Shown: one piece after another, positions 40,134-49,472 of the stretch
Layout: every line of letters begins with the position of its first letter
Position numbering within the stretch: the first letter of the stretch is position 1
Source of the DNA: a virus
Length of the DNA stretch: 64,000 nt
IMG/VR virus record: IMGVR_UViG_3300047471_000178
Coordinates: 1-64,000 of that record
Reading direction: 5' to 3' (one strand)
Notes under the pieces: model-generated
What the model was told of the DNA's origin: nothing
Databases searched by the model: none
Seen by the model: the letters and a program-made list of their open reading frames with translations, nothing else
Program-made: the position numbers and the translations under genes

Positions 40134-41114
40134 ATGGCTAAGATTACCGAAACAACCAAAGACAAAATGGCCAATGGCGGCCACCCAATGCATCAGCCTT
40201 TTCTTGTGGCTCAACCTGTTTATGCCCAGCAGCAGTTTCCGATCCCTGTTATTGCTCCCCCGAAGAAGAGGGGGCGCAAACCTAAGGTAGCCCCACAAGA
40301 ACAAATAGTGAACTTGGCTCCCATGGTAGAGCCACAGCCCCTGAAGATCGCTCTTATCGGCACGGCTCCTTCATCCCGGATGCTGGCTCCTTTCAACGAT
40401 CCTTCATGGAAGATTTGGGCCTGTTCTCCCGGCAACCAGAATGTCTTCCCCAGGGTAGATGCTTGGTTTGAGCTTCACGGGACGAATCTGTTGTGGCCCG
40501 CAAATGAGCACTATGGCAGGCCATACATCGAATGGCTCAAACAACAGAAATTCCCGATTTACATGCAGGACCAAAGGCTTGTGCCTAACGCCATCACCTA
40601 TCCCAAGGATGAGATGCTGAAGGAATTTGGGCCATATTTCTTCACCTCATCCTTTGCCTGGATGATGGCATTGGCCATGAAAATGGGAGCCAAGGAAGTT
40701 GCTCTCTTTGGAATCGATATGGCTTCCAAGGACGAGTACATTCTCCAAAGGAGTGGTGGGCACTACTTCATCGTTGAAGGCGCAAGGCGTGGTTGCAAGG
40801 TTTGGGCACCGTTTGAGTCCGATATCATGCAACCCCCAAGCTTGTATGGGTATTCCGATGTTGGCCCTCTTTTGCGGAAGGTTCTGGCAAGAGAAGAAGA
40901 GATTAAGGGCCGGATTGCCCCAATGAAACAACAGATAGAGAGCATGACGAAAAATGTCACTTATCTTGAAGGTGCACTAGAGGACCTTGATTACATGAAG
41001 ACAATCCATGGTGGCGCACAAGATAACTGTGATATAAGCTTTCTTGAAAGGTTGCTTAAGACTTCCGAAGAAACTGCTCCTGGGCGCAGTACAACAGCCC
41101 TGAGCCAAGGATAG
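40134..41114 (+). CDS. sialyltransferase-fold protein (GT42 / Maf-DUF115-like), putative nonulosonate transferase
   Basis: 'KIALIGTAPSS...WKIWACSPGN' and 'FFTSSFAWMMALAMKMGAKEVALFGIDMAS...GGHYF' resemble CstII 'VIIAGNGPSL...VFRCN' and 'ITSGVYMCAVAIALGYKEIYLSGIDF...SHYIGH' (recalled from memory). Confidence 0.5.
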   Translation: MAKITETTKDKMANGGHPMHQPFLVAQPVYAQQQFPIPVIAPPKKRGRKPKVAPQEQIVNLAPMVEPQPLKIALIGTAPSSRMLAPFNDPSWKIWACSPGNQNVFPRVDAWFELHGTNLLWPANEHYGRPYIEWLKQQKFPIYMQDQRLVPNAITYPKDEMLKEFGPYFFTSSFAWMMALAMKMGAKEVALFGIDMASKDEYILQRSGGHYFIVEGARRGCKVWAPFESDIMQPPSLYGYSDVGPLLRKVLAREEEIKGRIAPMKQQIESMTKNVTYLEGALEDLDYMKTIHGGAQDNCDISFLERLLKTSEETAPGRSTTALSQG

Positions 41115-41125
41115 GAGCAAATCCC

Positions 41126-41665
41126 ATGGCAAACTTCGCACTTGTTAATTCTACCAACTTTGCCGCCCAGGCAACGATGGGAACAAGTTATCTGTCGGTC
41201 ATTGTTTGCGGCGCATCGTCGCTGGCTTTCAACAATCCGGCGACTGTTTCCGGTGTTCGTCGTGGTAAAATCTACGACATCCTGATTGGCACGAACACCA
41301 CCCCGGCTGACAATGCCATTGAATGGGCTGTTGCCCGTGCGACGATTGGCACAACGGCAATTTACCTCGGAACGGTATCGAGCGTGTCCAGTCTTGCTAC
41401 CATTGATCCCGGCGATGTTGTCTTCAGCAGCTTCCTGGGAGTCAATTCCAGCGCTGGTTCAACCGCTGTGATCTCACAAACAGCTCAACTCTGGTATGTA
41501 GGCATCAACCAACGCGCTTCGTATCGTTGGGTTGCGGCTCCTGGGTCCGAGTTTGTTTGGCCAGCAACAACCTCTGCTGCCGGTAACAACGGTATGCAGT
41601 TGATGGCTAGGTCACCGGCCTATGTGAGCACGGTCACTGCAACCGTTCTCGGTACAGAGGTCTAG
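41126..41665 (+). CDS. Ser/Thr/Ala-rich structural protein
   Basis: 179-aa ORF. Confidence 0.5.
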   Translation: MANFALVNSTNFAAQATMGTSYLSVIVCGASSLAFNNPATVSGVRRGKIYDILIGTNTTPADNAIEWAVARATIGTTAIYLGTVSSVSSLATIDPGDVVFSSFLGVNSSAGSTAVISQTAQLWYVGINQRASYRWVAAPGSEFVWPATTSAAGNNGMQLMARSPAYVSTVTATVLGTEV

Positions 41666-41667
41666 TA

Positions 41668-41973
41668 GTGGCTATCCAGCGAAGTTATGCCATGATCTCC
41701 TCACCGGAGCCGTCGAAAGTCAATTTCGACGGTTTGCGGTGTGAGAGAATAGAGGCCGGGGTTTTTGAGGTTGATACGGTGATGTGCGGTCATTGTGGCC
41801 GCCACATCCATATCAAGCCGAGAATGGACCCAGCCGATATGGGCGGCCTATGCAAGCAGTGCATGAAGTTCGAGTGTCCAAGTTGCGTTGGGAAGGGCTG
41901 TACTCCGTTGGAAAAGAAGATTGAGCGAGTGGAGGAAAAAAACAGGATCATAAGTCAATACGGCTCTTGGTAA
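41668..41973 (+). CDS. zinc-ribbon protein
   Basis: 'CGHCGRH...CKQCMKFECPSCVGKGC'. GTG start. Confidence 0.45.
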   Translation: MAIQRSYAMISSPEPSKVNFDGLRCERIEAGVFEVDTVMCGHCGRHIHIKPRMDPADMGGLCKQCMKFECPSCVGKGCTPLEKKIERVEEKNRIISQYGSW

Positions 41974-42019
41974 TGTCTTGCGTGGGCTATGATCGTGAAT
42001 AATAAGGTTAAAACAGATT

Positions 42020-43765
42020 ATGGCCAAACTTTACGACCTAGCCAGAATGACCACGGCAACGGTCGGAACCGGGACAATAACGCTTGGGGTTGCCGTTCCT
42101 GGTTATCTTACGTTCGCTCTTGCTGGCATCTCAAATCTTGATGTCATTGATTATGCTATTTTTGATTATAGTAAAAATGCCAGTGAAATAGGAACCGGAA
42201 CTTATACTACCGCTGGCACCACTCTAACCCGCACAGTTACCAAATCCACCAACGGTAATGCCGCGCTTGTCCTGTCGGGCAACTCGCAAGTCTTTATCAG
42301 CCCAAGGGCAGAAACACTTAATGCTGCTGGCTTGCCCTATATCGCTACCGGCACGGGCGGTACGTCCCAATTCATCGCAGATAGATTGCAACGCACATTA
42401 TGGGCAACTGATTATGGGGCTGTATGCAATGGCATAGCTGACGATACTACGGCACTGCAAAACATGATTAATGAAGCCATTACCTTGAATGCCCCAGCGA
42501 GATTTGCTGGTCAATGTAAGATAACAAGCAGTCTCTCAATTACCAATACGGTTGATTTTGGCGGCGTTCAACTTTCCGCCAAAGGCGATAATCCTGCTTT
42601 CGTAGGAGGAAGCCAACTGGCTCCTTCCACAACTCTTTTTGACGCCATATCGGTCAGTACCGAGAATCCCGTTAATCTCCACGATTTTTCCATTGCCTAT
42701 CCTTCACCGTCAGCAACCAATAGCGGAATTGTTTTAACGGCACCTGGAGGGGCAGTAAACTTCAACACTCGCATCAACAACGTAGCTTTCTATTACGCAA
42801 ACATAGGCATCAAAACAATAATTGCGGGGATTTGGGATATTTCTCGCTGTTATTTCTACTCCTGTAACATTGGCATACAGGTACAAAACACTGTCAATGC
42901 CGACACCGGCGACAGTACCATCTCTCGATGCGTGATGACGATGGCGCAGTCTCCGGGGGTCGTTGGTATTAGTTATCTCAGCAGCGGCGGTCTTCGTGTC
43001 TGCAACAACAAGCTAAACGGTGGTCAGTACGGCTTCTTTATGAATCTCGATTCGGGAGCCAATACCGGCGATCTGCTTTTTACCGGAAACAGCGTTGAGA
43101 GTTATACGACATCAGCAATGGCTTTCGCCAGGGCTGGAGCCACTGGTTCATTCACTCTTGTAACTATAATAGGAAATGAGTTCCCGACTCAATCGGTGAT
43201 TCAAGTCCCGTTCGACACCAATGGCGTATGGCTGAACAATATTGTATTTACCGGAAATGTCTGTCAGGCCAATGCTGCTAATTCAAGCAACATGATTGAT
43301 ATCGATACGGTATCTGGTTTTACTTGCGTTGGTAATATATTTAGAAATATAGCCAGTTCTGGAAATGTATTTAAGATTGGCTCTAGTGTTTCATATGTCA
43401 CGCTGGGGAACAACGGAGTATATGGCACATTCGCTGATGATAGCATTTATCTGCCATCAGCGTCCTTAGACAGAAACGATCCGTTTCTATTGACGATAAG
43501 CAATGGTGCTAATACCGCAATAACTTCAGGGGATGCGGTTATTTATGTGTGGGAGCCACACACGGGAGACCTTGCAATCTTTCAAGCAGCAGTTGGAAAC
43601 GTAACGCTGACTTCATCGATGTTTGGTACTTGGGTTATTGGGACGGCACCTGCTGCTGGTCATGCATCAGTAGGGTATAATGCCGGGACAGGAACATTCG
43701 ATATCTATAACAATCTCGTCGCAGGCAATACTTTTTTCAAAATAAAAATAATGAAATTATTCTAG
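42020..43765 (+). CDS. tailspike with pectate-lyase-like beta-helix
   Basis: 'TDYGAVCNGIADDTTALQNMINEA' is a Pectate_lyase_3-type start. The N-terminal ~95 aa are shared with 44359..45171. Confidence 0.6.
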   Translation: MAKLYDLARMTTATVGTGTITLGVAVPGYLTFALAGISNLDVIDYAIFDYSKNASEIGTGTYTTAGTTLTRTVTKSTNGNAALVLSGNSQVFISPRAETLNAAGLPYIATGTGGTSQFIADRLQRTLWATDYGAVCNGIADDTTALQNMINEAITLNAPARFAGQCKITSSLSITNTVDFGGVQLSAKGDNPAFVGGSQLAPSTTLFDAISVSTENPVNLHDFSIAYPSPSATNSGIVLTAPGGAVNFNTRINNVAFYYANIGIKTIIAGIWDISRCYFYSCNIGIQVQNTVNADTGDSTISRCVMTMAQSPGVVGISYLSSGGLRVCNNKLNGGQYGFFMNLDSGANTGDLLFTGNSVESYTTSAMAFARAGATGSFTLVTIIGNEFPTQSVIQVPFDTNGVWLNNIVFTGNVCQANAANSSNMIDIDTVSGFTCVGNIFRNIASSGNVFKIGSSVSYVTLGNNGVYGTFADDSIYLPSASLDRNDPFLLTISNGANTAITSGDAVIYVWEPHTGDLAIFQAAVGNVTLTSSMFGTWVIGTAPAAGHASVGYNAGTGTFDIYNNLVAGNTFFKIKIMKLF

Positions 43766-43777
43766 GAAAAAAAATGG

Positions 43778-44356
43778 ATGCTTGGGTTTTCACAATTAGG
43801 TTCTCTTGCTCTAGGGCAATTACCTATTGATGTAACTTCTGCTGCACTTCTGCGCTTAGAATTATCACTTGAATTGCGCCGAAGACCTGATTGGAGACGT
43901 ACAATACCAGCAGGGGCGTTTGCTCCTGTCTTAAACCCTGAAACACAGATAATAAGATTTTTTGAGAGCCGCTGGCATCAGCCTTGGTCTGAGCCAAAGA
44001 GATTCAAGCGAATCTTGAATCCGGGTCTCAATCTATTCAATTCGATGCCATTTCCGCTTCTTCCCAATCCATCCAACAGGATACAGGGTTACTATAATTG
44101 GCTGAATGAGCCGGTATGGCCGAAGAAGGGGTTTAAGTCGCATCTTCAGCAGACGCTGGCCCATCCTCCGCTGAAGATCAACAAACCAAGCGTCTTTCTT
44201 TCCATGGCCGCGACGGAGACAAATTCCGATGTGATGTTGTTTGGCATTGATATCGATCCTTCTCCCCAGACGTATGTGCTAATAGCGGGTGCCAATGTGA
44301 CGATAAATGAGATACAATCGACAAATAGTGGCGCTGTTTCTCTTAATGAGGACTGA
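43778..44356 (+). CDS. fibre-associated protein carrying two W..P.SEP repeats
   Basis: 'RWHQPWSEPKRFKR' and 'NWLNEPVWPKKGFKSHLQQTLA'. The C-terminus resembles the C-terminus of 46024..48999. Confidence 0.5.
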   Translation: MLGFSQLGSLALGQLPIDVTSAALLRLELSLELRRRPDWRRTIPAGAFAPVLNPETQIIRFFESRWHQPWSEPKRFKRILNPGLNLFNSMPFPLLPNPSNRIQGYYNWLNEPVWPKKGFKSHLQQTLAHPPLKINKPSVFLSMAATETNSDVMLFGIDIDPSPQTYVLIAGANVTINEIQSTNSGAVSLNED

Positions 44357-44358
44357 AG

Positions 44359-45171
44359 ATGGCCGTTCTAGTTGATCTTATAAGGTTTACCACTCCAACC
44401 ACCGGGACTGGAACACTTACCGTTGGTGGTGCAGTAAGACCATTTATGACACCAGCCGGATTTGGAGTCCCGTTCAACTCAGGGACAACAAGTGTATTCT
44501 ATTCGATCATTGATTTTGCTGGAGGCAATTCTGAAACCGGGACTGGAACCTATACGGCATCCGGCACAACCCTTTCTCGCACTCCCGTAGCATCAACTGC
44601 TGGCGGCGGTCTTATTACTCTTAGTGGACAGGCCCAGGTTTGTTTTACTGCTATCACCAGCGCCATTGTTAATAAATCAGGAGATAGCGGTCTGGGATCA
44701 ATAGGGTTTCTATCAGGGAGTGGAATAACAGGAACCGCAACGAACGATAACGCGAATGCCGGTGTTGTGGGTGAACTTATTTCAGCTTCTGTTGCCGTTA
44801 CGACTGGAGCCGGGATAACAAATAATACGGCATTCAACTTTACATCTATCTCACTCGGTGCCGGTGATTGGGATGTTTATGGCAATGGATATTTTTTTGG
44901 TACAGGAGCCACCGTTGTCAATACCATTCAAGTATGTCTTTCTCTGGTATCTGCCACACTAGATGGCTCTCCCGATCGTTCAAGCATAACGTCTTTTCCA
45001 GACGTATCTTCAACCGCATTCATAAATGGATCAATCAGCCTCATGGCTGGCCCAGCAAGACTGAGTTTTGCCTCTGGTTCAAATACGGTCTTTCTTGTTG
45101 GAGTAGCTACTTTCAGTGTCTCCACGGCACAGTCATACGGGGCATTTCTAAGAGCTAGAAGGATCAGATAA
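44359..45171 (+). CDS. tail fibre protein (N-terminal paralog of the tailspike)
   Basis: 'TTPTTGTGTLTVGGAV...ETGTGTYTASGTTLSRT' parallels 'TTATVGTGTITLGVAV...EIGTGTYTTAGTTLTRT'. Confidence 0.5.
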   Translation: MAVLVDLIRFTTPTTGTGTLTVGGAVRPFMTPAGFGVPFNSGTTSVFYSIIDFAGGNSETGTGTYTASGTTLSRTPVASTAGGGLITLSGQAQVCFTAITSAIVNKSGDSGLGSIGFLSGSGITGTATNDNANAGVVGELISASVAVTTGAGITNNTAFNFTSISLGAGDWDVYGNGYFFGTGATVVNTIQVCLSLVSATLDGSPDRSSITSFPDVSSTAFINGSISLMAGPARLSFASGSNTVFLVGVATFSVSTAQSYGAFLRARRIR

Positions 45172-45297
45172 ATGTGGGGCGGCGCTCTAGGACAGTTTGC
45201 ATTAGGACAGGAATGGGATGTTCCTTACCCGCCTATCTCGATATTTGATAATCCGATTGTCTCTTTCATCCGGCGAATTACGTCAACGGCCTACTAG
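45172..45297 (+). CDS. miniprotein (41 aa), uncertain
   Basis: Its ATG directly follows the upstream stop. 'GALGQFALGQ' echoes 'SQLGSLALGQ' at the N-terminus of 43778..44356. Confidence 0.3.
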   Translation: MWGGALGQFALGQEWDVPYPPISIFDNPIVSFIRRITSTAY

Positions 45298-45306
45298 GAA
45301 CATGCC

Positions 45307-46023
45307 ATGGGTATTAACTTCGTTGGAGCAACTACAGGGAGTGCCATAAACGGCGGTAATTTAACCGTTTCCTATCCGACTAACATGAAATCTAGTGATT
45401 GTATCCTTATTACTGTAGCTCTTGGAACAAGCAAGGCAACCACACTTACAGTAACAACTTCATCGCTAGCTGCTATTACACAGATATCAACTACTTTCTC
45501 AAGCAGCAACGTCAGGTGCGCTATGTTTCGGCGCATCCTGCCTTCCACTGCTGAAACCCAATGCATCATAACGGGGACAGGCGGATCAACCGATTCCACT
45601 TGTGGAGTATCCATGGTATTTCGCTATGTTAATACCACGACCCCAGAAGATGTATCAGTAGCGTCAACCGTTGGCGGCGGTACGGCTCCTAATGGCCCCG
45701 CCATAACCCCAGCCAGTTCAACGTATGGCGTTTTTGTAAGTGCTGTAGGACTTGCTCTTTCAAGTTCAAATCTCACAGATGTATCAAGTTACAACAATAC
45801 GACAATTTCTATTTCCTGCGATACGCACTCAGCGACAATTGGCATGGCATGGGATGATCTATTATCAACAGCCGCTTATACGCCAGCCGCGTGGACAAGT
45901 TCTCTAAGTGGTGCTTGGTGGGCCGCTTCAATTCTTCTGCGTTCTGTTGCCTATACCCCGACTCAAATGACATTGCTTACTGAGCCATCAGATTTAAGAA
46001 CCGTTAAAATAACGGGGTATTAA
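45307..46023 (+). CDS. Ser/Thr-rich tail-module protein
   Basis: 238-aa ORF. Confidence 0.5.
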   Translation: MGINFVGATTGSAINGGNLTVSYPTNMKSSDCILITVALGTSKATTLTVTTSSLAAITQISTTFSSSNVRCAMFRRILPSTAETQCIITGTGGSTDSTCGVSMVFRYVNTTTPEDVSVASTVGGGTAPNGPAITPASSTYGVFVSAVGLALSSSNLTDVSSYNNTTISISCDTHSATIGMAWDDLLSTAAYTPAAWTSSLSGAWWAASILLRSVAYTPTQMTLLTEPSDLRTVKITGY

Positions 46024-48999
46024 GTGGCCAGATGGTTCCAATACCAAGTCAAGACCGAGCCGGTAAACGTACCCACTGTTGCGGCGGCAACAATCTTTGT
46101 CGCTTCGGTAATCTCGGAAGTCATTTTTCCTAGAAGTTTCATTTATCAGGCTAAGGCAGAACCATTAGTCGTTAGTGAAGCTGTTACTGTTGATAAATGG
46201 CATAAACCGCTATCAGAACCGTTTAGGGTAAAGCCAAGGCTTCCAGAGAGCGAGCAACAGTCGCTTGCCTTCTCTCCTTTCCCTCTTCCTCCTTCCCCTT
46301 CGATTGGAGGGGTTCAATCTCAATCTTCAGTACGCATTCAATCTGAATACAGGTTCCAATATCAGGCTTCGGCTAGGCCAGTCGTTTTCCAGGCACCGGA
46401 AGTAACCACACCAGATAAGTGGTTCAGATTATGGACTGATCCAACCAGAAGATTAAGCACCTATACAGGCCAGCAGCAGGCTCTTGCTTATTGCGAGCCG
46501 CCTAGACCGATAATCAGCAATAGAACTCCGCAGATCGGACCTTCTGATGGCGGGACATCTGTTCTTTTCACTGGCAAGAATTTCCATGATGCGACAGCGG
46601 TTATGTTTGGCGCATTCAACGCCGCATCGTTTGTCGTTAATAGTGAGACATCAATAACGGCAATCACTTCTGCTCAGCCAGCTAACTTTGTTGATACGAC
46701 TGTAACGACTCCATTTGGCACTAGCACGACAGGTGCGTTTGATACTTTTACATTCTACGATGTCAGCCCGGATATGTGGTTCAACCCACTATCCGAGCCT
46801 GTAAGAGTTAAATTAGGGTTACGAGCGACACAACAACAGGCTTATGCGAAGCCGGTTTTACCACCGACCGCTGAAGTCATTACCGTCGATAAATGGTTTG
46901 AATCATGGGTTAACCCAGTCAGGTATAAGGTTGGATTAGCAACCAAACTACAACAAACCCTGTCTTGGAGTACCTTTACTCCTCAGGTCACGGTAACTCC
47001 AGCAGTCACTCCGGCCACTATTTCGTCGGATGTCATATTCCCGCGAAGCTTCATTTATCAGTCCCATACTGAGCCAGCACGGAAACCAGACGCGGTTGTT
47101 ACCGTCCCGACTTATTTCAATCTTGTTGAGGGTGATTCCGGCGTCGTCTTCCAGAAGACCCTTATCTATCAGATTAGTGCCGAGGTCTCTCTTACCGTCA
47201 ATGCTATTGGCTGGCTTGATCCGCTTAATGAGCCGGTCAAAGTCAAACTAGGACTTGGGGCTTATCAACAGCAGACCCTAGCATGGGGAGTCACTACCCC
47301 AGCGGTAACGCCACCGACTCCAGCGGTTGCTCCTTCTACCTATTCGTCCGAGGTTAGCTTCCCACGAAGCTTTATCTATCAGTCTCATGCGGAGCCTGCT
47401 TCTAAACCGATAATCCCAGCTACCTCTTGGTATGGGCCGCTATCTGAGCCTGTAAGAGCCAAGCCTAAATTACACACCTCTCAGCAACAATCGCTGGCAT
47501 GGAGTGCCTTTACTCCAGCGACAGTCGTCTCGTTTACCTACTTCCCGATGGTCGAGGGTGATTCTGGGGTCGTCTTCCAGAAAACGATCATCTATCAAAT
47601 CAGCGCCGAAGTATCCCTGACGGTTAATGCAATTGGCTGGTGGGAGCCTCTTAACGAGCCGGTAAGGATTAAGCAGGGACTTAAGGCCCATCAACAGCAG
47701 ACATTGGCGTGGGGGGTTACTACTCCTGTCGTAACGCCACCAGCTGTACCGGCAGTTACCCCATCGTCCTATTCATCCGATGTCATATTCCAGCGGAGTT
47801 TCATCTATCAGGCTCATGCGGAGCCGACACGGCTTCCAACCGCAGAAATCATCACTCTTGATAAGTGGTATGCGCCGTTCCGCGATCCGGTGCGGGTCAA
47901 GGCTGGATTGCCAGCATCAGAACAGCAGAACCCTGCCCTTGTTCAACTAATTCCCAATCCAAGTACCTTCCTAGAGGGTTGGCAGTATCAGTGGTCAGAG
48001 CCAGTCCGGCTCAAGCGATTCCCCACGGCTGAACAGCGCCCATTCGATATCGGCTTACCGTCCTTTGAAATCATAACGCTGGACAAGTGGTATGCGCCGT
48101 TTAGGGAGCCGGTTCGCATCAAGCTTGGATTGCTGGCATCTGAACAGCAATTCCTCGCTATCGATCCGACATTCATTCCAAACCCAAGCAAGCTGCTTGA
48201 AGGGTATCTCTATCCATTAAGTGAGCCTGTCAGAACCAGATATCTAGCGACCGCTCAACAGCAGGTCCTTGCCTGGAATACCCTCTTCGCCTTCGAGGTC
48301 ATTACTGAGGACAAGTGGCATCAGCCATGGACTATCCCGGTAAGGATCAAGCCCAGACTCCCAGAAGGTGAACAGCAGTCCTTCGCCTTCTACACCAATC
48401 CAGTCATCACCTTTGGTTATTACGGCTGGCTGTCTGAGCCTGTCAGGCTGAAGAAGGGACTTCGTACCGATCTCCAGCAGACGACGACTGCCGATACGAC
48501 AGTCATCCCGACTTCCAAGATACCCAATTGGCTCTATCCATGGTCGGAGCCGGTAAGGCAGAAGCCTGGGCTTAAGGCCGGTCTCCAGCAGGCAACGGCT
48601 CCCACCGCTCCGATCTACCCGATCCTGTCTCGGCTCATTCAGTGGTTCAAGCCGTTTGACGAGCCGGTACGCGAGAAGCGTGGATTCAAGGCTTGGCTCC
48701 AGACGTTCTTTACGGCTGGCACGAAACCTATAGCGGCCCAAGTCTCGATAGTTCTGGATGCGACTGAGACCAATAAGGATGTCGCCTTATTCGGCGTAGT
48801 TGTGTATAACAAGGTTGTTTCGTGCGAAGTCTCGATCAAGGAAAAACACCGGCATCATCACGAGGCAACATCTATAGCGGTTGTTACAACCCCTGTAGGA
48901 ACCGTAACGCCTGTTCCGGATAATGCGTATGTCGCGGAAGATGGGACTACGAGTTACGTCGCTGAAGATGGCATCACGGCCTATGTGCAGGAAACCTAA
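46024..48999 (+). CDS. repeat-rich fibre protein with IPT/TIG-like Ig domain
   Basis: About 15 copies of 'W..P(L/W)SEPVR.K.GL....QQ'. 'ISNRTPQIGPSDGGTSVLFTGKNFHDATAVMFG' is IPT/TIG-like. GTG start. Confidence 0.6.
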   Translation: MARWFQYQVKTEPVNVPTVAAATIFVASVISEVIFPRSFIYQAKAEPLVVSEAVTVDKWHKPLSEPFRVKPRLPESEQQSLAFSPFPLPPSPSIGGVQSQSSVRIQSEYRFQYQASARPVVFQAPEVTTPDKWFRLWTDPTRRLSTYTGQQQALAYCEPPRPIISNRTPQIGPSDGGTSVLFTGKNFHDATAVMFGAFNAASFVVNSETSITAITSAQPANFVDTTVTTPFGTSTTGAFDTFTFYDVSPDMWFNPLSEPVRVKLGLRATQQQAYAKPVLPPTAEVITVDKWFESWVNPVRYKVGLATKLQQTLSWSTFTPQVTVTPAVTPATISSDVIFPRSFIYQSHTEPARKPDAVVTVPTYFNLVEGDSGVVFQKTLIYQISAEVSLTVNAIGWLDPLNEPVKVKLGLGAYQQQTLAWGVTTPAVTPPTPAVAPSTYSSEVSFPRSFIYQSHAEPASKPIIPATSWYGPLSEPVRAKPKLHTSQQQSLAWSAFTPATVVSFTYFPMVEGDSGVVFQKTIIYQISAEVSLTVNAIGWWEPLNEPVRIKQGLKAHQQQTLAWGVTTPVVTPPAVPAVTPSSYSSDVIFQRSFIYQAHAEPTRLPTAEIITLDKWYAPFRDPVRVKAGLPASEQQNPALVQLIPNPSTFLEGWQYQWSEPVRLKRFPTAEQRPFDIGLPSFEIITLDKWYAPFREPVRIKLGLLASEQQFLAIDPTFIPNPSKLLEGYLYPLSEPVRTRYLATAQQQVLAWNTLFAFEVITEDKWHQPWTIPVRIKPRLPEGEQQSFAFYTNPVITFGYYGWLSEPVRLKKGLRTDLQQTTTADTTVIPTSKIPNWLYPWSEPVRQKPGLKAGLQQATAPTAPIYPILSRLIQWFKPFDEPVREKRGFKAWLQTFFTAGTKPIAAQVSIVLDATETNKDVALFGVVVYNKVVSCEVSIKEKHRHHHEATSIAVVTTPVGTVTPVPDNAYVAEDGTTSYVAEDGITAYVQET

Positions 49000-49472
49000 T
49001 GCCCGTATCTAAATTCTCTCAAATTACTCCTGCTGGCACCAACATGGTTGCTGGTGATGCTTTGCTGGCCGTCCGAGGAGGAAATACCGATGTGCTTCTA
49101 TCGGGCGCTCAAGCGGCTGCTTTTATAAGCAATGTTGCCCCGATAGCTATAATAGATAGAGGAACGGTAAATGCTGGGACTGTGATATTCGACGTTTCTG
49201 CTTCCTGTCGGCAGAAACTTACAGTTGGCGGGGCATTATCAATTAACTTCTCAGGTTGGCCGGGGGTGGGATTTTACCAAAGCATACAACTTCAGATCGT
49301 TAATGGTGGCGTTGGAGTAACTTGGGCTACTCCAATTAGTTGGATTCTTGGAGATGGAACGGTAAGTGCAGTATTTACCGACATGGGCGTGACTCTCCAG
49401 AATCCCGGAGTTAATTCAGTTTTTATCGAATCATGGAGTGGTGGCACTACCCTTTATGGTAGGGCTGACTAA
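48999..49472 (+). CDS. tail-module protein
   Basis: 157-aa ORF with an ATGA-type junction. Confidence 0.5.
   Translation: MPVSKFSQITPAGTNMVAGDALLAVRGGNTDVLLSGAQAAAFISNVAPIAIIDRGTVNAGTVIFDVSASCRQKLTVGGALSINFSGWPGVGFYQSIQLQIVNGGVGVTWATPISWILGDGTVSAVFTDMGVTLQNPGVNSVFIESWSGGTTLYGRAD

Noticed and set aside
46024-48999. Diversity-generating retroelement (template/variable repeat pair) in the fibre gene, suggested by the long internal duplication.
   Set aside because: No reverse transcriptase lies in the window. Differences between the copies are spread over all four bases, including synonymous sites, rather than being adenine-specific. Both copies are in frame within one ORF.
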